The notes: generated from the letters alone by a model not told the origin. 64,000 nucleotides of DNA from Octopus vulgaris (GCA_951406725.2 OX597830.1:30752001-30816000); one strand, 5' to 3'; numbered from the stretch's first letter, positions 29,720-43,945 are shown. Program-made: numbers and translations.

Positions 29720-30548
29720 CTATGTGTGTATTTACGTATATATATATATATATACCTATACATATACATATATAAATACAAACATATATATATGTTCATA
29801 TATATATATATATGTTCATATATATATGTATATATATATATACATATACATATATATACACATATATATACATATTTATGTGTGTATATGTGTCTGTCTG
29901 TGCGTATGTATATACTCATACATAGATATATATACACACGTGTATAATCTTGATAATGTCATTAGCTACCATTACTTCAGCGTTATTTACATACATACAT
30001 ACATGCATACATACATACATGCATAAATACATACATACATACATACATACATACATACACACACATACATACATACATACATACATACACGCATACATAC
30101 ATACATACATACACACATACATACATACATACATACACACACACACATACATACATACATACATACATACATACATACATACATACATACATACATACAT
30201 ACATACATACAAATATACAAGCATGATATCAGGAAACTACTCAGTATTTTCTATCCAAGTACATGATCTTGGCGTGACATGTCAGCACAGTATCGATGTT
30301 AACAGGTTCTTGGATTACAGCCGACAGCAAACAACGCAACTTACTCTGCGAAATAGAGCAAAAATGGCCAATGTAATGCCATGTTATCTAGTTTGGGTTT
30401 TTTTTTAGTTTGTTTTGTACCATTTATTATTACTGTTGTTATTATTATTATTACTGTTATTGTTGTTGTTGTTGTCTTTTACACACAATGGTTATTTATG
30501 GAAAAGGTACAGAAATATCCCTTTGTGCATCTATGTGTGTTCCGTTAA

Positions 30549-30815
30549 TCTTTTATTCTTTTACTTGTTTCAGTCAATTGACTGTGGCCACGTTGGAGCA
30601 CCGCCTTTTCGTCGAAGAAATCGAACCCTGGACTTCTTCTTTATAAGCCTGCTGCTTATTCTATCGGTTCTTTTGCTGAACCGGTAAGTGATGGGGACGT
30701 AAACACAATAATATCGGTTGTCAAGCAACGGTGGGTGGAGACAAACACACACACGCACTAAAACACACACACAAACACACACACACGCGCGCGAGCACGC
30801 ACGCACACACACACA

Positions 30816-30914
<99 letters not shown>

Positions 30915-31070
30915 GATAGGCACCTTTCAGTTTCCGTCTATCAAATCAACTAACAAGGCTTTCGTTGGCCGAAGGTTATAATAGAAGATACTTCCCCAAG
31001 GTGCCACGCAGCGGGACTGAACCTGGAACCATGTTGTTGGGAAGCAAGCTTCTTACAACCCAGCTACGCC
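30549..31070 (-). mobile_element. SINE family A
   Basis: Full-length diverged copy with an expanded internal (CA)n(TA)n. Confidence 0.82.
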
Positions 31071-31256
31071 TATACATACATACAAACATATATATATATA
31101 TATATATATATATACAAACATACATTTTCATATACATATACACATATATATACATACATATATGTATATATATACTTACATACATACATACAAACATACA
31201 TACATACATACATACATACATACATAAATACGTATGTATGTATGTACTACGTACAT

Positions 31257-31367
<111 letters not shown>

Positions 31368-31492
31368 TGCAGTTTAGGATATCTCTTTGTAGCGGTAGCA
31401 CCGTCCAAGATGCGAGAACAGTTGATTGTATAAGTGTGTCTACGTGCGTGCGCGTGTATGTGGATGCATAGGAATGTGTGCGTGTGTATGTG

Positions 31493-31561
<69 letters not shown>

Positions 31562-31574
31562 ATATATATATATA

Positions 31575-31785
31575 GTAAATTTAAAAAAACGAAGAAGAAA
31601 CACAAAACAACATCAACTCGAGGACGTGGTATATGTAAAGTATTAGTAGACGCTCAGGGAAGGAAAGAAAAGTGGTTTTACCTTTCGAGCAAAGCTGTTC
31701 TTCAGAAATAGGAAACAGAGGAAATAGAAAAGGATAACGGAGAGGAAAAATAATCGCCAACGATTCACACGTGGTTACATTATTC
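31575..31785 (-). mobile_element. family P-related element with canonical hammerhead core
   Basis: Minus strand at 31676-31709 reads tttCTGAAGAa-cagc-ttt-gctc-GAAAggTA-aaa, followed by ccctgagcgtctactaatac as in other family P copies. Confidence 0.55.
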
Positions 31786-32213
31786 ACCGACGGCTCGACC
31801 ATGCAAGTGGTAGTACTTGGTTAGGTGTTGCCAGAAGCACTAAGACTGTCTAATATTATAAATATGGCCGTCGGAGAATAAACTGGGCTTGCTTGGTAAG
31901 GAGGGTGGTTTTGCGTTGCACTCTTTTCAGGACAAAAACCAAAGCCTATCAGAAGAGGAATGAACTCTGTAGAGTCAATGACCATCCAACAGTCTGGTGT
32001 GAGGGATCCATAGACTTTATTTAGACATCTCTCCAGAAGAAGGAAAGCTTCAACTTTTTTTGCATGGAATGATTTAGTCTAGTTCTTTGGGGGCGGGGCA
32101 AATGCATGCGTTTTTCAAAGAGCGACATTGGCTCTGTGCTAACCACTTGCTGCAAGACACGTCAATTGTTGCCTCATCTGTGTGATTGATATAAGTTCTC
32201 TAAAAGGACTGCA

Positions 32214-32543
32214 TCATCATCATCATTGTTCGACCGTGGTCGAGACAATGGAATTTACTATGTTACGCCAGACTTCACGGTCCATCATGGCATTACGGAG
32301 GTCCTGCTGTTTGATGCCTGTATCCCTGGGGATTACATCAGGGTAGGAGAGTGTGCGCCCTCTGGTATTGCGAGTAGATGGCTTCCAGAGGAGAAGAGTA
32401 GAAATTACTTCTTTTTCAGCTCTACAACAATGTCCAGCAAACTGGACTCTCCTACCTTTCACAAGAGATGACACAGGTGGTAGTTTCCCATATATTTGCA
32501 TTTTGGTTGGATGGCGCTTCCACGAGAGATTTTGAGCTCTCAT
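32214..32543 (-). mobile_element. 5'-truncated RTE-clade LINE with TSD
   Basis: ORF end RAQNLSWKRHPT...RRVQFAGHCCRAEKE...MMDREVWRNIV (RTE C-terminus) and a (TGA)n tail. A 10-bp direct repeat aaggactgca lies at 32204-32213 and 32544-32553. Confidence 0.88.
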
Positions 32544-32687
32544 AAGGACTGCAAAGTTGCTATCGTGTTGCTTCAAATGAACCATCAAGCGATTGCAATG
32601 ATCGAAATCAAGCTTCAGTTATCATATGTGCGTGCGAGTGTTTGTTTGTTGGGGGGGGGGGCAAAAATATAAGACCTAGTGAAAACC

Positions 32688-32887
32688 TATTTCTTTACTA
32701 CCCACAAGGGGCTAAGCACAGAGGAGAGAAACAAGGACAGACGGACGGATTAAGTCGATTACATCGATCCCAGTGCGTAACTGGTACTTAATTTATCGAC
32801 CCCGAAAGGATGAAAGGCAAAGTCGACCTCGGCGGAATTTGAACTCAGAACGGAACGGCAGACGAGATGCCGCTAAGCATTTTGCCG
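32688..32887 (-). mobile_element. SINE family B, 5'-truncated, with TSD
   Basis: High identity to 45749-45979; 10-bp TSD agtgaaaacc at 32678-32687 and 32888-32897. Confidence 0.88.
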
Positions 32888-33913
32888 AGTGAAAACCGAA
32901 AAAGAAAATCAGTGCTCTTTGGGGAAAAAAAACCCACTTTGCGATATTAGTTCCTTTGATTGGAACTGAACTGGAGGACTCTCACTTCTCTGTCACTCTG
33001 GCCCTCCAGAAATCCTGTATATCACTGAATGAAACATTAGAAACCCACAAATAACGACGCTGTTGTTCACGTTTAGATAAACAGATATATAAATATGTGG
33101 ATAGAAACCTAGAAAATATCAACATATGTATCATGGCACAAATATAAACAACCAGACCGAACGCTATCTTACATATGCAACATGACTGCGTTCATACAGA
33201 GACATATATATGTAAAAAAAGACACACACACACACTTAAACACACACACACACTCACACACACACACACACACAGACACACACACACACACACACACACA
33301 CACAAGCAGTCTGTGCATATTCTTAAGTTTGTCTGTTTTTAGTTAATTATCATTAACCATACGTTCCGATCTGCATGGTGTTTACAAGAGAAACAAACAT
33401 CTTAGAAACAGGCGCATATGTTTCTCACTCTCCTTTACTCTCTCTCTCTCTCTCCCCTCTCCCCCCTCTCCCCCTCTCACCCCTCTCTCTCTATCTATCT
33501 ATCTCACTCTATCTCACACACCACTCACTCTCTTTCTCTCCCTCACTCTCAGTTTTCTTTGTAACCCACGACCTACCTCTTCACCTTTTCACCTGTGGCT
33601 AACCCCGACCGACAGAGACCATCTACGTCTCACACGAACCCTATTAGCACCCACTACGACATAAGAAGCCTCCCCACCACCAACAGCACGAATGGCTGCT
33701 TGATCTACTAGAACTAGCAGTTGAATCCATTTGAAATCGTACAGCTTACACTCTTATTGAAATATAGAAGGATATATTCGATCTTCTAATCTGAGATAAA
33801 CTACATCCGAGAAGACGGTATGGTCACGGCCAGTACACCTTTTTTGATCACAGGTTTGTTTCGATCAGAATTGGCGAGAGTCTAGACAACCTTAACGTCA
33901 ATCCGCAGCACAG

Positions 33914-34083
33914 ATCATCATCATCATCATCGTCATCATCATTATCATCATCATCATCATCATCATCATCACTATCATCGTCGTCGTCATCATTAGCAGC
34001 AGCAGTAATAGAACCGTCATCATCGATGTCGCTGTTGTCGGCATTGTTACCGTTGTTGTCTGTCGTCGTCGTCGTCGTCGTCG

Positions 34084-34136
<53 letters not shown>

Positions 34137-34238
34137 GTCGTCGTCGTCGTCGTCGTCATCATCATCATCACCTTCTTCTTCTTCTTCTTCTTCTTCTTCT
34201 TCTTCTTCTTCTTCTTCTTCTTCTTCTTCACCATCATC
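33914..34238. repeat. compound trinucleotide microsatellite (CAT/CGT/CTT)n
   Basis: Seen directly; it explains the poly-K/M/T/D ORF artefacts. Confidence 0.9.
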
Positions 34239-35226
34239 AGACCACTGTTGTTATATTATCTTTCTGTTACGAAGACAGATAGCTGGCCACCATTTTCCCT
34301 CGTTTCTTCCGTACCTGTATTTTTCTCATCTTTACCCTACACCAGAAATTTTTTTAGAACTATTACAACCATACTGCTCCAATCATCCCACAATTTGAGT
34401 CAAAATCCTTATCAAAGACAAATGTCAAACGAGCCAAGCAAAATACGATGTCTTTAACTCTTGAAATTTTGAATATTTTCCACCTTCAAAATGGAGAACT
34501 GGTAGAATCGTTACAGAACCGGACAAAATACACAGCTGCATTTCTTACGACTTTACTTTGTGAGTTCGAATGCCACCAGGGTCGATTTTGCCTTACATAG
34601 CTTCAGGGTCGATGAAATAAGTACCGAAATTGGCCTTGAGCCAAAATTTGATGCTAGTATTGAAAGATGTCTCCAGAACATATTAGAACCCATTTCTTTA
34701 ATTTGTTGAGATTATGGTGCAGCTGGTCGTATAGAATCTAAGCTCGGAGAGGAGAATCGGAGAGCCAATGGATCAGATCGGACATAAATAGATTTACGTC
34801 CACGGAAATCCTTCGTCGAAGGAACCACCAGCAAAACTGACCTTATGGGATGCGCTCGTTAACTGAGACGGCTCGTACATGTAGTACCAACGTCTGACAC
34901 CTACGAACACATACATACGAGCATATACGACCTTTTATTTAAGATGTGTATATATAATTTATACGCAACTATGTAATTCAATGATGCCAAAATAGTACCA
35001 CATAGATACATAGAGAGAGTGGCAGAGGAATCATGAAAGCTCTCATAGAATATAGATGCGTATATATACAAAAAAACTGTGTGTATATGCTGTGTGTGCG
35101 TGTACGTAAACACACACAAACAAATATGTATGTATATATATACATATACATGTATGTATATATATATATACATGTGTATATATGTGTATATATGTATATA
35201 TATGCGTGTGTGTGTAAGTGTGGGTG

Positions 35227-35283
<57 letters not shown>

Positions 35284-35453
35284 GGTATATATATAAATAC
35301 ATATATATATGTATATATGTGTGTGTATATATATACATATATATATAGAGAGAGAGGGGCAGAAAATGGATAGATATAGATTATTTGTGTTTATGTATAC
35401 ATATTTGCCTATATATATATATTGTCTATATACATATCTATAATATATAAATA

Positions 35454-35484
<31 letters not shown>

Positions 35485-35569
35485 GCATATGTGGGTGCAT
35501 GTGTCTGTTTGTGTTTACATACGTATTAAGTATGTTTATATGCACAAACTCACTGTAGTATATATATGC

Positions 35570-35615
<46 letters not shown>

Positions 35616-36067
35616 AACACACACACTTACAGAGGCGTGTGTGTGTGTGTATTCGCGCGCATCTGTGCCTGTGCGTGCGTGCGCCTCTATGCATAAATGC
35701 GAGCATATCCGCAACTTATATATTCACACAAACCATAGGTATCAGATATCGAGAGGGCAAACATCAGATAGCGAGACCCTAACACAAGTTTTAGTAAAGT
35801 CTTGTCTCCTTAGAGAGAAGGAAGCAAAACAAATACATAGAAGATCACAAAACTCGGCTCCAATGAGACTGTACGGATGAATGTTGGCAAGATGTGAAGA
35901 GATATGGTCACTAACTGGCCTTTTGATACTGCTGAAGTGACACTATACATAGACTAACATATGTAGATTCAACACCCAAACCACACCGACGTCGTGTATG
36001 TATCTGTATACATGTATGTATGCGTGTACCTGTGTGTGTGTGTGTGTGTGTTTTATGCTTGCATGTG

Positions 36068-36114
<47 letters not shown>

Positions 36115-36265
36115 TATATACACAGACATGCATATATATAACTCTATATATGTGTGTATATATATATATATATAATATATATATATAGTTATACATATCT
36201 GAATGTATGTATATATGCATATGTCGATGCTCGAATGTCTAAATGTGTATGTTTATGTATATATG

Positions 36266-36317
<52 letters not shown>

Positions 36318-36610
36318 CACACACATTTATACAGTAAGGTATATGTACATGTATAATTATGTATCTGTGTGTGTGTGTACTTGTGTCACTATATATAATT
36401 ATATAGACAAATAAGTATATGGTTATAAATGTATATTGTGTGTATGTGTGTGTTTGTAGGCTGATATTTCTATGTCTATAATTGTGTATATGTGTATGTG
36501 TGCATATGTAAGCACAGGGTATAAGATATTTACAAACTTGTATACAATATCAAAAACTTTGAAAAACACTCATGCGACAATTAGAAGAAAAAAAACTTAT
36601 GAAACAAATC

Positions 36611-36636
36611 GATGGTGGTGATGATGATGATGGTGG

Positions 36637-36674
<38 letters not shown>

Positions 36675-36681
36675 GTGGTGG

Positions 36682-36730
<49 letters not shown>

Positions 36731-36731
36731 A

Positions 36732-36781
<50 letters not shown>

Positions 36782-36789
36782 GGTGGTGG

Positions 36790-36824
<35 letters not shown>

Positions 36825-36836
36825 GTGATGGTGATG

Positions 36837-36891
<55 letters not shown>
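36611..36891. repeat. (GAT/GGT)n microsatellite
   Basis: About 280 bp of in-register GAT/GGT triplets. Confidence 0.92.
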
Positions 36892-36892
<1 letters not shown>

Positions 36893-37196
36893 ATACATGT
36901 ATTTATATGCCAAAGTTGTCCTTTAGTTTATACATAACTAACACATGCATATCAGTAAATCTCACAGACCCAGATTTATAGGAATGAGATACGCATATAC
37001 AAATACGCATTGAGACTTACACGTTAACATACATATATACAGACATACGTACATACATTATATACATGATACAAATATGTACATGCATATATATATATAT
37101 ATACGTACGTATTTGCGCGTGAACGTGTGTACAGCAATATAATCAACCACTAAATTCATACAAATATATAAATACATATATAGATGTTTGTACAAG

Positions 37197-37232
<36 letters not shown>

Positions 37233-37490
37233 GTTCGAGAGAGCGTGTAATGATATGCTTAAGTATCAAATACTTGCATATAGACATAGATCTTATATGA
37301 AACACATCAGATATGAAATCATAAATATAAACATAAAACAGTACACAAACGTATGTAACTTCGAAAGATACATGTCTATAGGTGTATGTATGTATAGATA
37401 CATACGCACATACATGCACACATACAAACACACACATACACACACATATACATACATATATACGTATACATATATACATATATACATATC

Positions 37491-37527
<37 letters not shown>

Positions 37528-37569
37528 ATGTATATATATATATATGCATGTATATATACAAAATATGCA

Positions 37570-37950
37570 TGTTGGGCCACTGAACTCAACAAGTTGTTTT
37601 TTTTCATTCTCTTTGTATTTATTTTCTATTATTCATTCTTGTTGAGAAACGTAGGCGCGAAATATAAAAGACTTTTTCATCTTTCCCGAGCGTCAAACTA
37701 ATACACCTGTTCATACACCTGTCTTCGTTTCTTTTCGTCTTTCTATAAATTTCAACTATTGTTTCTCTCCTTTTTTTCTCTCTTTTTTCTCTCCTTGTTT
37801 CTCTCCTTGTTTTTTCTCTATCCCTTTCTGTAGAAGAGCGTAGGCTCGAAACGTAAAAGACTTTTTCTATTCCTGAGCGCTATACTAATACATCTGTTTG
37901 TTTTGTACACCACCTGTCTTCGTCTTTTGTTTTTTTTCGTAAACTTTCCC
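37570..37950 (+). mobile_element. two tandem family P elements
   Basis: The second copy carries ctttCTGTAGAagagcgtaggctcGAAAcgTAaaag at 37824-37859 and ends in ccc(TA)n abutting the Tc1 element. Confidence 0.65.
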
Positions 37951-37962
37951 TATATATATATA

Positions 37963-39199
37963 TAATGGAAACACCTAGCATCATAGCATCATAATTTTGA
38001 AATATCTATATAACCGTCAAAATCTTGTTTATTTTTACATTTTTTGATTTATTATAGGTGTTGCTTAATATGTTTTGCTAAAATTGATGTTTCTTTTCAG
38101 ATATCATCAGAAAAAGGTAATTAAAATTCATTAAAATGACAAATCTATTGGCATTTCAAAGACATCAAATTGTTGGTGTTCGTATGGCAGGTGCTAGTGT
38201 AACGAAAACAGCCGAAATGATTAGTGTATCAAGAAGTACTATCTTGAAAGTAATGACAGCCTTTGAGAAAGAGGGAAAAAACCTCCTCGTCGAAACAAAA
38301 CTCCGGAATAAAACCAAAACTTTCTGATAGGGACCGTCGGACTCTTACGCAAATAGTTAGAAAGGATCACAAAAGTACAGATCCCAAAATTACTGCAGAG
38401 CTTAATGACCACCTCCAGAACCCAGTTTCCACAAAAACTGTTCACCGAGAGCTGCACAAAGCCGGATTTCATGGAAGGGCTGCAATCAGAAATCCACTAC
38501 TTTCAAAAACAAACGTTGCAAAGCGTTTAGAGTGGAATAAAAACCTAAAGAATTGGTCCCTAGAGCAGTGGAAGTATGTTATTTTCTCGGACGAGACATC
38601 CTTTACCTCATTTCCAACCAACGGCCAAGTATACGTGTGGAGACAGCCAAAAGAAGCATTTGATCCAGACCGCCTTCTTCCTACTGTTAAACAGAAGGAA
38701 GATCTGTAATGATCTGGGTGGCTATATCTTGGAAATCCGCTAACCATGGCAGAATTAATAGTCAAGACTATTTAAACATTTTATCTGATCAAATGCATCC
38801 TATGGTAGCAGATATGCTTCTGGAGGGAAACGTAATCTTTCAGGATGATAATGCACCAATTCACACAGCTAAAGTTGTTATTGAATAGTACGAGGAACAT
38901 TCTAGTGAAGTTGAGCATCTTATCTAGTCACCACAGTCCCCAGATCTCAATATTATTGAACATTTATGATGCATTTTAGAAAAACAAGTAAGGATATCCT
39001 CCACCATCATCACTACAAGAACTGGAGACTGTTTTAGCTGAAGAATTGACAAAAATTCGTTTGGAGACAATTCAAACTTTGTACGAGTCCATAGCTCGTA
39101 GAATTCAAGCTGTAATTACTGCCAAAAGCCGTCCTACCCCATATTAAAATAAATTTGTTAGAAATTTTAAGGTGTTTCCGTTATTTTGTCCAACCCCTG
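37963..39199 (+). mobile_element. Tc1-like DNA transposon (DD36E-type), left TIR truncated
   Basis: Right TIR aggtgtttccgttattttgtccaacccctg + TA is intact, while only taatggaaacacct of the left TIR remains. The element is colinear with 679-1942. Confidence 0.93.
38136..39147 (+). pseudogene. Tc1-family transposase pseudogene
   Basis: Motifs VIFSDE, FQDDNAPIH and SPDLNIIE are present, interrupted by frameshifts and in-frame stops. Confidence 0.92.
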
Positions 39200-39226
39200 T
39201 ATATTGGGAGAGAAAAATGCATGCAC

Positions 39227-39286
<60 letters not shown>

Positions 39287-39409
39287 TATATATATACATA
39301 CATACATACATACATACATGCATACATACATACATACATACATACATACATACATACATACATACATACATGCATATATATATATATGTGACCGGTCTTC
39401 TGGTCTTCT

Positions 39410-39680
39410 GTTGCCCTGTGGAAGACCGCTCACTGCCTGCGTTCCTTTAGAAGTGGTTCCATTGGCCACCACTGCCTGACTTGTATCTTTTAAAAAGTCG
39501 TTAGCCACTCTTCTAGTTTTCCGACTGCGATGAGATCACGCAGCTTATGACATATCCTACCATGGCTTTTGCAAAGTCGAGGAATATCACATCCACATTT
39601 GAGTTTTTGAGTTCTTGCGCAGCTGCCTTAGCAGTCGCAATGCTGTAAGAACTGTATCAAGCAGCTTCTACCTGGTTCGG
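39410..39680 (-). mobile_element. CR1/L2-like LINE reverse transcriptase fragment
   Basis: Minus strand gives GRSCLIQFL, NVDVIFLDFAKA and [29 protein letters not shown], which are RT subdomain motifs. Confidence 0.8.
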
Positions 39681-39755
39681 ATGTCAGTCAGTAAATCCTT
39701 TTCTTCAAGGAAGGCAACCATGATTTTGGTAATGTGAGATTTATAGACGCACACG

Positions 39756-39788
<33 letters not shown>

Positions 39789-40159
39789 GTATACATACAT
39801 ACATACACACACACACACGCACACGCACAAACACGAACTCATAGAGTTTAACACATATTTGTATGTATGTATACATGTATGTATGTATGTATGTATGTAT
39901 GTATGTATGTATGTATGTATGTATGTATGTATGTATGTATGTATGAATGTATGTATGTATGTATGTATGTATGTATTCAAAAGTTCGTATCAGTATTGTG
40001 CGCACATAATTTTATATACAAACACGCCAAAATACATTCATACATAGATTTGAAGCATTCAAAAATCATTCATCTTATTATATATATATATATATATATG
40101 TAGGTCCCGGTTGATTCGGGTTAACCACAGTAAGTAAGGTACTCAATACATAGCAGAGT

Positions 40160-40242
<83 letters not shown>

Positions 40243-40896
40243 GCCCCATCTTTCTGCGCATGATATTAAATTCAATCATATTTTGAAAGGCAAAAGTGCA
40301 CATGGTCATGCGATATGCTAGAAAGAGTAGCCAAACAACTTTTCATTCAAATTTTATTTCTACCATAAGTTGAAAGAAAAACGATAATTTTTTCCCCACC
40401 TCAGAAAAAAAGAACTAGGTAGGAAAATATTAGTAGACAACACATTAATACTACGAAAAGTTTTCCACAAAATAAATAATTTTTGTTGGAAGCATTATTA
40501 TAACTCAGCACTGTACAAAAATAAACACATTTGAGAGCTTCCACAAGACAAAAACTAAAGAAATAAGTGACTTATGATGAATAGATCTAATGATTAAATT
40601 TGAAATTTTGGTTATAGTAACTAAACAAATCAAATGATAATATCTGCAGAAATCATAGTTACCTTCCATAAAAGGAGCAATTAAACATGTAAATAACATT
40701 CCACATCCTGATACTGAGGCTGAGAGAGTCTAGAAACATTGATGGTGATGATAGATTTAACAAACTTCACGGTTCCAAATGAGTTATATGGGATTCATGC
40801 GAAAATATGAAAAACAATACTAATAAAAAGGTTAAAACTAGAATATAGTTTGGTTTTCATTATTGGTCTAAATCCAAAATTCGTATATATATATAT

Positions 40897-41432
<536 letters not shown>

Positions 41433-41436
41433 TCAT

Positions 41437-41800
41437 ATTCTTTTACTTGTTTCAGTCATTTGACTGCTGGAGCACCATCTTTAGTCGAATAAATGAACCT
41501 CGGAACTTATTCTTTGTAAGCCTAGTACTTATTCTATCGGTCTATTTTGTCGATCCGCTAAGTTGCAATAACGTCAACACACCAACTTCGGTTGTCAAGC
41601 GATGGTCGGGGAAAAACACAGACACTCAAGCACACAAATTTATATATATATACGACAGGCTTCTTTCAGTGTCCGTCTACCAAATACACTCATAAGGCTT
41701 TGGTCGACCCTAGGCAATAGTAAAAAACACCTGTCGAAGGTGCCACGCAGTGGGACTGAACCCAGAACCATGTGGTTTGGAAGCAAGCTTTTTCAGCCAC
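41437..41800 (-). mobile_element. SINE family A, diverged
   Basis: Tandem with the previous copy across (TA)n. Confidence 0.8.
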
Positions 41801-41873
41801 GTGCAGTATGCAAACCAGTAGCGGCCAGTTTTCTGTAGCTGGTTGTTTCTCTGGAATTGGCCAAACTGATGTA

Positions 41874-41920
41874 GACGTCACTGATGAGAATCCAATATTA
41901 TTCGAAAATCGAATTAGGCC
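41874..41920 (+). ncRNA. hammerhead-like motif with weak stem I
   Basis: CTGATGA (41881-41887), stem II GAAT/ATTC with canonical G-C first pair, GAAA, stem III AAT/ATT and a UUA triplet. Stem I pairs poorly. Confidence 0.4.
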
Positions 41921-42281
41921 ATTCATCATGTCTTTCAGTCTACGGAGAAACAGCAAAATGAGCCCCGTTTGTGCGGGTACTATACAGGTTACATGTATCT
42001 ATATAGGAATGTATACGTACGTATATATGGATGTATATGTATATACATGCACTCCCACAGACATAAATTTTATACAAAGTATAAGTACGTATACATACAT
42101 GCATACATACATACATACATACATACATGCTCATGAGTATATATTAGCTCTCTGTCTGTAATTCCTTAATCTATTTATCATGTGTGTCTATGTGTCTACA
42201 AAGTCTTTAGAAATAATCAACAAATGTCTTTATTTTCCTTTGATTATTTAGAATAATTTGCCTTATTATTATTATTATTAT

Positions 42282-42356
<75 letters not shown>

Positions 42357-42644
42357 ATTTCTTTCTCGCCTATTCATCAATGTACCACTATTTTAATGCT
42401 TGCTAACAAAACAAACACGAAGCTTTCTTAAATAAAGGTGACAAAACAAAAGGCGGAACACAGTCTGAGCTAAAGGTGAGAGCAAAGAGAGAGAGAAGGG
42501 GAGGGAGGGAGAAAAGGGGCGAGGAGAAGGGCAACAGAGAATCAAAGAGAAAAAGAAAATGAGTATTAGGAAGAACAAGAAGGGAAGACTTGGGACAGAA
42601 TAGAAAAAGGGATCTTGGTGACGGTTGAAAAATGAATATATGAG

Positions 42645-42727
<83 letters not shown>

Positions 42728-42798
42728 CGTGAGTGCGTGTGTGTATGTGTTTGTGTGCGTGTGTGCTTGTGAATGTTTGTGTACGTATGTATGTGCAA

Positions 42799-42869
<71 letters not shown>

Positions 42870-43088
42870 AAGAAAGAGCGAGAGAGATAATTAAATACAT
42901 AAAATGTAGAGATTAAAGACGAAGAGAAAAGAAAAGAGGACGGTCAGAGGAAGAAGACAAAGAAAGAAATGAAAAAAGAAAAGAAGGGAGAGTGAAAAGA
43001 AGTTAGCTGGAAGCGTGAAGGTGACAGAAAAAAATAAAAAAGAAATGAAAGAGAACGAGTTTATCTGTTTGGCAACAACATCAAGACT

Positions 43089-43640
43089 TTCTTATGGACT
43101 CGAATGTGCCTGGAGCATTTTCGAACTGGTAACAAGCCTATATTTGTGCTCATCAATGCTTGGCGCTTCTGTTTCTTATTTTGTTGCGGCCAATGCGCAG
43201 ATAAGCGCAACCACTCAAAGCACGCTGACTGGAATACAATAGAAGAGATCTGGCTCAAGTCACTCTGCTATACCTCCCCGCTTCCAGTGTCTGGTGTTGA
43301 AGAGAAGATAACGACTCCGAAATGTATTCATCCGTCAGTGTGACTAGGGGAGCACTTCGAACTGAGTTGGTGTGTTTACAACTATTTGCCTACAGCGAGA
43401 ATTTTCTCCATGACAACGTACAGTGAATGGGTCTCTTACGAGTTCGAATACGTCTCAATTATATGTGAACTGGTAACAAGTTTATATTTATACGCATGAG
43501 TGTTTAGCGCTTCTAATACGTATTTATATTGCGGCCGATCCGCCGATTAGTACAACCAGTCACAGTACGCTGAGAGGGATGTGTCTCAAGTCAGTCCGTT
43601 GCGCCTATCACGTCCAGTGTTTGATGCTGAAGACAAAATA
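43089..43640. repeat. old tandem duplication, period ~344 bp
   Basis: gaactggtaacaag occurs at 43123 and 43467. The further blocks gcgcttct, ttgcggcc, acgctga, ctcaagtca and tccagtgt are colinear. Confidence 0.75.
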
Positions 43641-43643
43641 GGT

Positions 43644-43838
43644 GAAATGCTTAGCGGTATTTCGCCTGCCGCTACGTTCTGAGTTCAAATTCCTCCGAGG
43701 TCGACTTTGCCTTTAATCCTTTCGGGGTCGATTAAATAAGTACCAGTTATGCACTGGGGTCGATATCATCGAATTAATCTGTTTGTCTGTCCTTGTTTGT
43801 CCCCTCTGTGTTTAGCCCCTTGTGGGTAGTAAAGAAAT
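43644..43838 (+). mobile_element. SINE family B, 5'-truncated
   Basis: High identity to 45749-45979; aaataggt is repeated at both ends. Confidence 0.85.
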
Positions 43839-43945
43839 AGGTATACATTCAACAAATGATTACAGGTATGGAAATTCAGGCCGATTATCGTATCGTTGAC
43901 AGAGGAACTTAAAGTCCTGAATGTAAGTGCCCATACCTGTAGTAG

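Noticed and set aside
36572-36937. Poly-Asp/Gly 121-aa ORF resembling an acidic biomineralisation protein
   Set aside because: It is a pure (GAT/GGT)n tract using one codon per residue, with no signal peptide or splice context. Similar tracts occur in the other orientation at 33914-34238.
38886-38970. Three Trp codons converted to stops in the Tc1 copy, suggesting targeted G-to-A editing
   Set aside because: TGG reaches a stop by a single transition and the sample is too small; neutral decay explains it.
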